Assembly: GCA_046328155.1 (NCBI GenBank) | Contig: JAXLXC010000021.1 | Coordinates: forward strand, 715 to 64,714 | Length of the DNA: 64,000 bases | Source of the DNA: Chloroflexota bacterium | GTDB taxonomy: Bacteria > Chloroflexota > Limnocylindria > Limnocylindrales > CSP1-4 | Reading direction: 5' to 3' | Shown here: positions 17,755-27,113 of the stretch, piece after piece | Layout of the letters: every line of letters starts with the position of its first letter | Position numbering within the stretch: the first letter of the stretch is position 1 | Program-made: the position numbers and the translations under genes | The notes under the pieces: generated by a model | Database searches by the model: none | What the model was told of the DNA's origin: nothing | Seen by the model: only the letters and a program-made list of their open reading frames with translations

Positions 17755-20287
17755 CGTCGGCCTCCGTCACCTTGCGGACCTCGCAGCGACAGTCCTTCCA
17801 GCCCGTGCTGGGCGCCCACATGTTGCCCACGAAGTGAGCCTCGTGGATGGGGTTGACGGCCGACGAGGTCAGCTCGTTGACGCCCTTGCCCGCCGCGAAC
17901 TGGCGCGGCCACCAGCCCTCGTAGAGGGTCGCGGTGCCCGCCAGCTGCGCCTCGGTCACGTGCGCCCAGGCGCGCAGGCTGCCACGCGTGTTGGCGACCT
18001 CGATGAGGTCGCCCGTCGCGATCCCTCGCGCCTGCCCGTCGGCGGGAGCCAGGAACACCTCCGGCTTGCCGCCGTGGATCTCGTCGAGCCACGCGTTGTT
18101 GGCGTAGCTGGAATGGATGCGCCACTTGGAGTGAGGCGACAGCAGCAGGAGCGGCCAGGTGGCCGGATCGTGGACCGTGTCGTCGAAGGGTCCCTTCCAC
18201 GTGGGCACGGTCTCGTCCAGCTGCTGGAACCGATCCTCCTCCTTGTAGAACTCGATGCGCCGCGTGGGGATGAACTCCGCGGTCTTCTCCAGCGCGGCCG
18301 GACGCGAGACAGGCGGGAACGGCACGCGGTCGTGGACCTGGGCCACGAAGGCAACGTCAGGGTCGGGCACCCGCAGTCGGACCGGCCCGGCCCTGAGTGC
18401 CTCGAGCGTGATGCCCTCGGTGGGACCACCCGGGCCCCCGCCGGCCTCGAGGATCGCCTCGATGGCCGCCTCCTCGTCCATCTCGAACCACTCGGCCTCC
18501 AGGTCAGGGGCGACGCGGCGCATGATCTCGCGCCACATCCACAGCTCCGAGCGTGACTCGCCGACTGGCTCGATGGCCGGCTGCTGGAGCTGGAGGTACG
18601 GATGGAGCGGCGTGGCCGTGAGGTCGGTCTTCTCGTACCAAGTCGTGGCCGGGAGGACCACGTCGGCCCAGCGCACCGTCTCGGTCATCTGGTGGTCGAC
18701 CACGACGATCAGGTCGAGCGCCGCGAGCGTCTCGTGGAGCCGATTGACGTCCATCGACTGGACGAACATGTTCGCGAAGGTGCACACCAGGCCGTGCCAG
18801 CCCTGGGCTGGGTAGGGCACGTCGGGATGCATCGTCTCGGTGCGGCCGCGGACGAAGTAGATCGAGGGACACACCTTGGCCTTGGTGCCGCCCGGGCTCC
18901 ACCAGGGCGACGTGTCGACCCGCACCTTGTACTGGCCGACGTAGACCGAGAAGCCGCCACCGGAGCGCCCGATGTTGCCCGTCAGCGCGGCCAGCAGCGC
19001 GAAGGCACGCCCGGTCAGGTCACCGTGATACCAGTGGTTCGAGCCGCCGCCCATCAGGATGGCGGCCGGGTGGGTCGTCGCGAAGGCGCTTGCCAGCCGC
19101 TCGATCCGGTCCGCGGGGATCCCGGTCACGTCTGCCGCGCGCTCCGGGGTCCAGGCGTCCAGCTCGCGCCGCACCAGCTCGAAGCCCGGCACGGCATCCA
19201 CCGTCGACCCGTCGGCGAGCGTCACCCGGAAGCTGCCCTCCAGGGCGGGCTCGACACCTTCGGCGAAGCCCAGCCGCTCGGTGCCCACGAGGACGGGGGC
19301 GGCAGTGGCCGGATCCCAGCCGACGAACCCGGGATCGGGACCGGCCACGTCCAGCTCGGTGGCCCGGAGGCGCCGACCCGTGTCGGCCCGCACCAGCAGC
19401 GGCGCGTCGGTGTAGGTGCGCATGAAGTCCGCGTCCATCAGCCCGTCGCGGACCACCACGTGGCACAGCGCGAGCGCGAGTGCCGCGTCGGTGCCGGGCT
19501 GGATTCGCAGGTGAGCGTCCGCCTTGGCCGCGGTGGGCGAGAACGAGGGATCGATGACCACCAGGCGCGCGCCCCGCTCGACCGCGTCGAAGATGAAGTG
19601 GACGTCGGGGATGCGGGTCTCCACGGGGTTGCTGCCCACCAGTAGCAGGAACCGGCTGTTGGCCCAGTCCTTCGCCTCGTGCTCCGCGTTCTGGACGCCA
19701 AAGGTGATGGGCATGCCCATGGGCAGGTCGCCATTGAAGTCGAAGCTGGTGCCGTGGGTCATGCCCAGCAGCGCGCAGGCGCGGTAGTTGGCGCCCTTCT
19801 GGATGTACCCGGAGCCGGGGACCTGCCCGAACACGTGGATGGAGTCCCAGCCCCATCGCTCGCCGATCGTCCGCAGGCCTTCCGCAACCCGGTCGAGCGC
19901 CTCCTCCCAAGTCGCCGGACGGAAGCTGCCGGAGCCGCGCTCGCCCTCCCGGATGAGCGGGCTCAGGATCCGGTCGGGCCCGTACACCTGGTTGACGTAG
20001 CTGAGGCCCTTCATGCAACCCCGGGGGGCGTATGCGGTGTCGGGATAGTCGGCGGCCTGCTGGACCTTGACGAGGATGCCGTCGCGCACGAACGCCAGCT
20101 GGCCGCAGCTGCCGGTGCAGTTGGGCGAGCAGGTCGTGCGCACCACCTTGTCCACGGGCAGGCTCGTGGCGACGTCGAAGTCCCGCCCGGCCATCACGAG
20201 ATCCGACAGGACGGGCAGCGCCGTGCCCGCCGCGGCGCCGGCGACGGCGGCCGAGCCCTTGAGGAACGTGCGACGGGACAGGCTCAT
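17747..20287 (-). CDS. Tat-exported molybdopterin (bis-MGD) oxidoreductase catalytic subunit; substrate unknown
   Basis: Twin-arginine leader 'MSLSRRTFLKGSAAVAGAAAG'. FS0 motif 'CSPNCTGSCG...PRGCMKG'. 'GSNPVETRIPDVHF'. The ATG at 20287 lies inside ORF 17747-20362. Confidence 0.9.
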   Translation of the reverse strand: MSLSRRTFLKGSAAVAGAAAGTALPVLSDLVMAGRDFDVATSLPVDKVVRTTCSPNCTGSCGQLAFVRDGILVKVQQAADYPDTAYAPRGCMKGLSYVNQVYGPDRILSPLIREGERGSGSFRPATWEEALDRVAEGLRTIGERWGWDSIHVFGQVPGSGYIQKGANYRACALLGMTHGTSFDFNGDLPMGMPITFGVQNAEHEAKDWANSRFLLLVGSNPVETRIPDVHFIFDAVERGARLVVIDPSFSPTAAKADAHLRIQPGTDAALALALCHVVVRDGLMDADFMRTYTDAPLLVRADTGRRLRATELDVAGPDPGFVGWDPATAAPVLVGTERLGFAEGVEPALEGSFRVTLADGSTVDAVPGFELVRRELDAWTPERAADVTGIPADRIERLASAFATTHPAAILMGGGSNHWYHGDLTGRAFALLAALTGNIGRSGGGFSVYVGQYKVRVDTSPWWSPGGTKAKVCPSIYFVRGRTETMHPDVPYPAQGWHGLVCTFANMFVQSMDVNRLHETLAALDLIVVVDHQMTETVRWADVVLPATTWYEKTDLTATPLHPYLQLQQPAIEPVGESRSELWMWREIMRRVAPDLEAEWFEMDEEAAIEAILEAGGGPGGPTEGITLEALRAGPVRLRVPDPDVAFVAQVHDRVPFPPVSRPAALEKTAEFIPTRRIEFYKEEDRFQQLDETVPTWKGPFDDTVHDPATWPLLLLSPHSKWRIHSSYANNAWLDEIHGGKPEVFLAPADGQARGIATGDLIEVANTRGSLRAWAHVTEAQLAGTATLYEGWWPRQFAAGKGVNELTSSAVNPIHEAHFVGNMWAPSTGWKDCRCEVRKVTEADDA

Positions 20288-20505
20288 CGTCGTCGGACGT
20301 CCCTGCGTGCCGGGCAGGTGGCCTGGAGCATGGTGTGGTCGTCCGCGCCGCACGCGGCGCACCTCGTCGCACTGGTCCCCGTGGGGGCCGGTCGGCGCAG
20401 CCTCGCGAGGCGCCGCTCCGCGTCGGCCGCGCTGGCGGCGAGCGGGCGCAGCGCGACCGCGACCGGCGCCGCGATCCCCAGCAGGAGCAGCCGGCGGCGA
20501 TTCAT
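20284..20505 (-). CDS. Possible 73-aa leader ORF with a twin-arginine-like N-terminus, translationally coupled to the molybdoenzyme gene
   Basis: 'MNRRRLLLLGIAAPVAVALRPLAASAA...CAACGADDH...'. Its TGA overlaps the downstream ATG (ATGA at 20284-20287). Third-position GC is high. It is the internal part of ORF 20284-20727. Confidence 0.35.
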   Translation of the reverse strand: MNRRRLLLLGIAAPVAVALRPLAASAADAERRLARLRRPAPTGTSATRCAACGADDHTMLQATCPARRDVRRR

Positions 20506-20653
20506 GGACCTGGACTCAGCCCATCGATGGCACGCATCCCACCGGTAGCGTATGGCGGTGCGCGGGTCGTCGATAGGGCCGAAGGTCCCGATCGCTGGCG
20601 CAGGCCATGGACTACCCTCGGACGGCCACGATGGCCGACCATGGAGGGCTCCG

Positions 20654-20926
20654 ATGGACCTGCGGCACTGTCTCGACCTGATCGCGGAGGTCGCCGCCGA
20701 GCATGGCCTGGCGTCGCCGGGACCCATGGGCGCCGAGGAGCGGGAGGTGCTGCTCGACCTGGCCCGGGTGGTCGCCCACGCGGTGGAGCGGAGCGCCGCG
20801 CCCCTCGCCTGCTACACCGTGGGGCGGGCGGTCGCCCAGGCGGACGCCACCGAACGACTGGCGCTCGCGCGGGCGATCGTCGAGCGCATCGCCCCCGACC
20901 CATCGGGGCCGTCCATGGCCGCCTGA
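20654..20926 (+). CDS. DUF6457-like small protein
   Basis: 'MDLRHCLDLIAEVAAEHGL...EREVLLDLARVVAHAVERSAAPLACYTVG' resembles the actinobacterial DUF6457 family, which I recall often sits near Moco genes. Confidence 0.55.
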   Translation: MDLRHCLDLIAEVAAEHGLASPGPMGAEEREVLLDLARVVAHAVERSAAPLACYTVGRAVAQADATERLALARAIVERIAPDPSGPSMAA

Positions 20927-20935
20927 CCGCGGCGC

Positions 20936-20963
20936 CCGGACAGGGCCCGTGCGCCTGGTCCGG
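20936..20963. terminator. Candidate bidirectional stem-loop between the convergent DUF6457 gene and pyrG
   Basis: ccggacagg (20936-20944) pairs with cctggtccgg (20954-20963) with one bulged g. 9-nt loop. It abuts the pyrG stop codon. Confidence 0.4.
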
Positions 20964-22664
<1,701 letters not shown>

Positions 22665-22753
22665 CTACCGCAACGGGCCGGGCGGGGCAAACGCCGGCGG
22701 GTCGCGACGCGGTCGCGGACCCAGGCGGGCATCGCTTCGGGCACCATAGGCGG

Positions 22754-24004
22754 GTGATGCGAGCCCTCCTCCTCGAGAACGTCCATCCCGTCGCGACCAA
22801 GGTGCTCGAGGCTGCGGGGTTCGAGGTCGTCACGCGGCCCGGGGCCCTGGACGAGCCGGAGCTCATCGATGCCGTCCACGGCTTCCAGCTGCTGGGGATC
22901 CGATCCAAGACCGAGCTGACCAGCCGGGTGTGCTCCGCGCTGCCCAGCCTGCTGGCCGTGGGCGTGTTCGCCATCGGCACCAACCAGGTGAACCTGGCGG
23001 CGGCGGCGGCCCATGGCGTGGCGGTGTTCAACGCGCCCTACTCCAACACCCGATCGGTGGTCGAGCTGACGCTCGCCGAGATCATCGCGCTCACGCGACG
23101 CCTGACCGCGCTCGACAAGGCGCTCCACGAGGGCGTCTGGGACAAGACCGCCAGCGGCGCGCACGAGGTGCGCGGCCGCATCCTGGGCATCGTCGGCTAC
23201 GGCAACATCGGCTCGCAGCTGTCCGTGCTCGCCGAGAACCTGGGCATGCGCGTCGTGTTCTACGACGTGGCCGAGAAGCTCGCGCTGGGCAACGCACGTC
23301 GGGTGGAGACGCTCGACCAGCTGCTCGAGACGGCCGACATCGTGACCATCCACGTCGACGGCCGACCCGGCAACGCGGGACTGTTCGGCGACCGCCACTT
23401 CGCCCGGATGCGGCCAGGCTCGATCTTCCTCAACGCCTCGCGGGGGTTCGTGGTGGACCTGGGCGCGCTCCGGGAGCACATCGTGTCCGGGCACCTGGCC
23501 GGTGCCGCCATCGACGTCTTCCCGGTCGAGCCCAAGGAGCGCGGCGACCGCTTCGAGTCGGAGCTGCGGGGGCTGCCCAACGTCATCCTGACGCCCCACG
23601 TGGGCGGCTCGACGGAGGAGGCGCAGGAGGCGATCGGGCAGTTCGTGGCGGCGAAGCTGCGCGACTACGTGCGTACGGGCTCGACCACGCTGAGCGTCAA
23701 CCTGCCCAACCTCCAGCTGGATCACACGGGCGTGGGGCGCATCGCGCATCTCCATCGCAACGTGCCGGGCGTGCTCGCCGCGGTCAACCAGGTGTTTGCG
23801 GAGCACGGCGCCAACATCGTGGGCCAGGTGCTCGCCACCCGCGGCGAGATCGGCTACGTGGTCACGGACATCTCCGATGTCACCCAGCGAGGCGCCTCGG
23901 CGAAGCTCCAGGCGCTCGAGTCGACGATCCGGCTGCGGGTCCTCGACAGCCTGGAGCGCGACGAGCTACCGCCCGGCCCCGCGGCGGCGCACGGCGCTCG
24001 CTAG
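22754..24004 (+). CDS. serA: D-3-phosphoglycerate dehydrogenase (long form with C-terminal ACT domain)
   Basis: 'GIVGYGNIGSQLS' NAD site, 'NVILTPHVGGST', ACT-like tail. The start is GTG 22754 or ATG 22757. Confidence 0.9.
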   Translation: MMRALLLENVHPVATKVLEAAGFEVVTRPGALDEPELIDAVHGFQLLGIRSKTELTSRVCSALPSLLAVGVFAIGTNQVNLAAAAAHGVAVFNAPYSNTRSVVELTLAEIIALTRRLTALDKALHEGVWDKTASGAHEVRGRILGIVGYGNIGSQLSVLAENLGMRVVFYDVAEKLALGNARRVETLDQLLETADIVTIHVDGRPGNAGLFGDRHFARMRPGSIFLNASRGFVVDLGALREHIVSGHLAGAAIDVFPVEPKERGDRFESELRGLPNVILTPHVGGSTEEAQEAIGQFVAAKLRDYVRTGSTTLSVNLPNLQLDHTGVGRIAHLHRNVPGVLAAVNQVFAEHGANIVGQVLATRGEIGYVVTDISDVTQRGASAKLQALESTIRLRVLDSLERDELPPGPAAAHGAR

Positions 24005-24063
24005 CCAGCATCGCGGGCGCCGGGTCTCAGCCGCCGCCGCCGACCGCGGCGACGCGGACGGAG

Positions 24064-24217
24064 GACCTGGGCGGCTGGCCCGAGGCCAATCAGGGCTGGC
24101 CGAGACGGCGTGCCAAGGAGGACCGCGGAGGACCGCGGCGGACCGAGGCGGCGCGCCGAGGCGGACACCAGCTGACCGAGGCGGCGTGCCGAGGCGGCCC
24201 AGGGGACCGCGGCGGCC
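24064..24217. repeat. Degenerate G-rich short direct repeats in the serA-distal intergenic region
   Basis: gaggaccgcg x2. gaccgaggcggcg[c/t]gccgaggcgg x2 (24141-24163 and 24173-24195). ggctggcc[c]gag x2. Confidence 0.7.
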
Positions 24218-24404
24218 ATCCGCCAGACGCCCGACGGCTCGGAGCCTATGCGCGTCTCCGACGCCAGGGGTCGTCCTCCGCCCCAGGCCCACGCTCGGCC
24301 AGGCGCATCAAACCGCCATGCCGCTCCGGGAGACGTGCGTATGGCGCCCGCGGGAACCCTGGCACCCGCATAGCCTCCGACCAGGCGGAGGTCTGGCGGT
24401 TCGC

Positions 24405-24643
24405 GGGGCTCGGCCGCGGGGCCTGGCAGCAGGGCTCGGCCGCGGCTTGGCAGTGGGGCTTGGCAGCGGGGCTCGGCCGCGGGGCTCGGCCGCGGCTTGG
24501 CAGTGGGGCTTGGCAGCGGGGCTCGGCAGCTGGGCTCGGCAGCGGGGCTCGGCAGCGGGGCTCGGCCGCGGGGCTCGGCCGCGGCTTGGCAGTGGGGCTT
24601 GGCAGCGGGGCTCGGCCGCGGTATGGCAGCGGGGCTCGGCCGC
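24405..24643. repeat. Tandem array of about 19 units of 12-13 nt (ggggctcggccgc / ggcttggcagtg variants), G-rich on the plus strand
   Basis: Read directly. A higher-order block ggggctcggccgcggcttggcagtggggcttggcagc recurs three times. There are no unique spacers. The array lies between convergent gene ends. Confidence 0.9.
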
Positions 24644-24664
24644 GGCGCGCGAGCCGGACCTCGG

Positions 24665-24922
24665 TCAGCCGCCGCACCGCGGGCACCACGTGGATCGCCG
24701 ACGTCGCCGCCACGGGCGTGTCGACGTCGGCCCGGACCCCATCCACGAACACGTTGATGAAGGGCCTGATCGCGGCCCCGGCTCGCACAACCGGTCGAGC
24801 ACGCCGGGGTGCGCCGCCTCGAGGGCCACACCACGTCGCCCACCGAGGAGCCCCCGCCTCGAGCGTCCGCGGCATCCCCGGCACGAGCGCCGCCAAGGGC
24901 GTGGCACGTGCACGACGGCCAT
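24665..24922 (-). CDS. MoaD/ThiS-family ubiquitin-like small protein with a C-terminal GG; the homologous reading frame is interrupted several times
   Basis: ATG 24922 and TGA 24665 share one open frame. The recognisable segments 'MAVVHVPRP', 'ALEAAHPGVLDRL', 'RPFINVFVDGVRADVDTPVAATSAIHVVPAV' and the terminal 'GG' lie in different frames. Confidence 0.55.
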   Translation of the reverse strand: MAVVHVPRPWRRSCRGCRGRSRRGLLGGRRGVALEAAHPGVLDRLCEPGPRSGPSSTCSWMGSGPTSTRPWRRRRRSTWCPRCGG

Positions 24923-24927
24923 CGTCG

Positions 24928-25992
24928 TCAGGCGAGCACGGCCGTCTCGACCGACTCGATGCCCGGTAGCAGGTCGGCGACCATCGACCATGTGTCGCCG
25001 CCGTCGCGGCTCCCGAAGAGCTGGCCCGTGCTGGTCCCGAACCAGATCCCGGCAGGGTCGTTCCGATCGGTGGCCATCGCCTCGCGCAGGACGCCCACCC
25101 ACGCGTTGCCGGGCAGCCCGTTGGTGAGCTGCCGCCAGGTGGCGCCGGAGTCGGTGGTTCGCCACACCGCGAGCTGGGCGTCGGGCATGTAGCGGCCCAA
25201 CTGGTCCCCGTTCAGCGGGATGGCATACGCGGTCGCCGGCTGATGGGGATGGACGACCATGGGGAACCCGAACGTGGACGGCAGCGGGCCTCCGATCTCG
25301 ACCCACGACTCTCCGCCGTCATCCGAGCGATAGACCCCCATGTGGTTCTGCTGGAACAGGACCTCGGGCCGGTCGGGGTGATACCCCAGCTTGTGGACGC
25401 AGTAGCCGGTCTCGGGCACCGCGTCGGGCGGGCTGTCGATGGAGCGGATGCCCCTGTTCTGCGCGACCCAGGTCCGCCCGCCGTCCCGGGTGTGGAAGGT
25501 GCCGACCGCCGAGATGGCGACCCACATCCGCTGCGGGTCCGTGGCATGCGGCACGATCGAATGGAGGATCAGGCCGCCCGCCCCAGGCTCCCACGTTGGC
25601 CGCGAGGGGTGCTCCCGCAGCCCGGCGACGTGCGTCCAGGACCTGCCGCCATCGTCGCTCCGGAACAGACCCGCGGGCTCGACCCCGGCATACAGCGCGC
25701 CATGCGCGGGGGTGACGTTCCAGACGCGCGTCACGGGCGGCTCGTCCGTGCCGTAGCTCATGCCCTGGCTCGACTGGGCCCACGTCGCGCCGCCGTCCGT
25801 GCTGCGCCACACCGTGGGTCCGTACCACGGGCTGCCCGACGCGCCATAGAGGGTGTTGGTGGCCGGGTCGTGCGTCAGGTGCTGGATGGGCATGGTCTCG
25901 CAGAACGGGCCCGCGATGCCTCCCGGCCCACCATCCGGGTCGACCAGGAACGCACCCTTGCGGGTCCCGACGAGGACGACCGACCTGGCCAT
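24928..25992 (-). CDS. BNR/Asp-box repeat beta-propeller protein (sialidase-fold, no signal peptide)
   Basis: Six Asp-box-like motifs: 'STDGGATW', 'SDDGGRSW', 'TRDGGRTW', 'SDDGGESW', 'TTDSGATW', 'SRDGGDTW'. ATG at 25992 inside ORF 24928-26571. Confidence 0.8.
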   Translation of the reverse strand: MARSVVLVGTRKGAFLVDPDGGPGGIAGPFCETMPIQHLTHDPATNTLYGASGSPWYGPTVWRSTDGGATWAQSSQGMSYGTDEPPVTRVWNVTPAHGALYAGVEPAGLFRSDDGGRSWTHVAGLREHPSRPTWEPGAGGLILHSIVPHATDPQRMWVAISAVGTFHTRDGGRTWVAQNRGIRSIDSPPDAVPETGYCVHKLGYHPDRPEVLFQQNHMGVYRSDDGGESWVEIGGPLPSTFGFPMVVHPHQPATAYAIPLNGDQLGRYMPDAQLAVWRTTDSGATWRQLTNGLPGNAWVGVLREAMATDRNDPAGIWFGTSTGQLFGSRDGGDTWSMVADLLPGIESVETAVLA

Positions 25993-26027
25993 GGCAGCTC
26001 CCTCCGCTGGCGACCTGATGCTCGACG

Positions 26028-26852
26028 TCAGGGTAGACCGGCGACCATCGACGGATCCATCGGTGCCGGGTCGAGCGTCATGCCAGCCTCCGGGCCGCAG
26101 ATGAAGGCGGGGCGTCGCGCCGGGCGCGCCGCACGCCAGACCGCGGCCGCGTCGAGGTCCGTGGGGAGCTCCCCGTCGTCGATCGCCGCCGCCAGCCAGC
26201 CGGTCACATCGGCAAGCCGCTGCCACGAGTGGATGGCCACCCCGGCCGACTCGCACCATCGACGCAGCGAGTCCTTGGCGAACGTCACGTCGGCGTGCCA
26301 CGCCGCGTATCGGTCGCTCGGGCCATCGCCCACGAACACCACGACGCGGCCCGCATCGTGGTGCGCCCGCACCCGCTCCCGCTTGCAGGTGCCGCACACG
26401 AGGCATGTGGGATGGCCGAACGGGAACGAGACGCCCGCCCCGCCGCCGCTGGCCAGGTTCCGGTTGGTGTACACCGGCACGCCGTGGACCCCCAGACGCG
26501 CGAGGTTCGACTCGATGTAGAAGCCCAGGCCGTCGCTCACGACCTCCAGCGCGATGCCCCGCTGGCGGCACATCGCCACCAGCTCGACGACCCCATCGTC
26601 CTGGGGGACGGTCGCGGCCGCCGCGCGCAGCAGTTCGGGGTCGTCAGGGAGCATGTCCATGTCCCACGCGATCATGGCGCGGGAGCCCACCTCGCCCGCC
26701 ACGTAGCGGGCGTCCATCGCGGCCACCGCGTCCCGGTCCGACACGAACCGGGTCATGAGGGCGTCGCCCACGTCCCGGCGGGAGATGGTGCCGTCGTAGT
26801 CGAGGAGGACGGCGATGGGCAGCCCCGACCCAGGCACGGGCCGGGTCGTCAA
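26028..26852 (-). CDS. HAD-IB family phosphatase, MtnX-like
   Basis: 'LLDYDGTIS' nucleophile motif, 'VVSDGLGFY', 'CLVCGTCKR', 'FVGDGPSDRYAA'. C-terminal ~60 aa extension. Confidence 0.7.
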   Translation of the reverse strand: MTTRPVPGSGLPIAVLLDYDGTISRRDVGDALMTRFVSDRDAVAAMDARYVAGEVGSRAMIAWDMDMLPDDPELLRAAAATVPQDDGVVELVAMCRQRGIALEVVSDGLGFYIESNLARLGVHGVPVYTNRNLASGGGAGVSFPFGHPTCLVCGTCKRERVRAHHDAGRVVVFVGDGPSDRYAAWHADVTFAKDSLRRWCESAGVAIHSWQRLADVTGWLAAAIDDGELPTDLDAAAVWRAARPARRPAFICGPEAGMTLDPAPMDPSMVAGLP

Positions 26853-26889
26853 TGCGGGCGGCGACGGGGCCGGGGCGGGTGGCCCGTGG

Positions 26890-27054
26890 TCACTCGGCCT
26901 CGCCCTGCTCCTGCTCCAGCTCGAGCGGCTCCTCGTCCGAATCCTCGGTCAGCTTGAGCCAGATGAACAGACCGGCGAGCAGCGCCAGTGGGACGACCAC
27001 CGCGGCCGCCACGAGGAGCCCGATGAGGGCCCCCAGGAACTTGATGATCCTCAT
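26890..27054 (-). CDS. 54-aa single-pass membrane protein with an acidic tail (not in the supplied ORF track)
   Basis: Own translation: 'MRIIKFLGALIGLLVAAAVVVPLALLAGLFIWLKLTEDSDEEPLELEQEQGEAE'. GGAGG lies 10 nt upstream of the ATG. Confidence 0.6.
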   Translation of the reverse strand: MRIIKFLGALIGLLVAAAVVVPLALLAGLFIWLKLTEDSDEEPLELEQEQGEAE

Positions 27055-27113
27055 GGGTCAGTGACCTCCGTCGCGTTCGTCCGGGCAGTGTAGGCCCTTT
27101 GGGGGATGCAGGG

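Noticed and set aside
20506-20653. A Moco riboswitch upstream of the molybdoenzyme operon.
   Set aside because: I read the 148-nt divergent spacer on the operon strand and could not recognise the conserved Moco-motif stems or loops. It cannot be excluded without a covariance-model scan.
24405-24643. A possible CRISPR array.
   Set aside because: The units are only 12-13 nt, are directly abutting and have no unique spacers. No cas genes are in the window. It is a simple tandem repeat.
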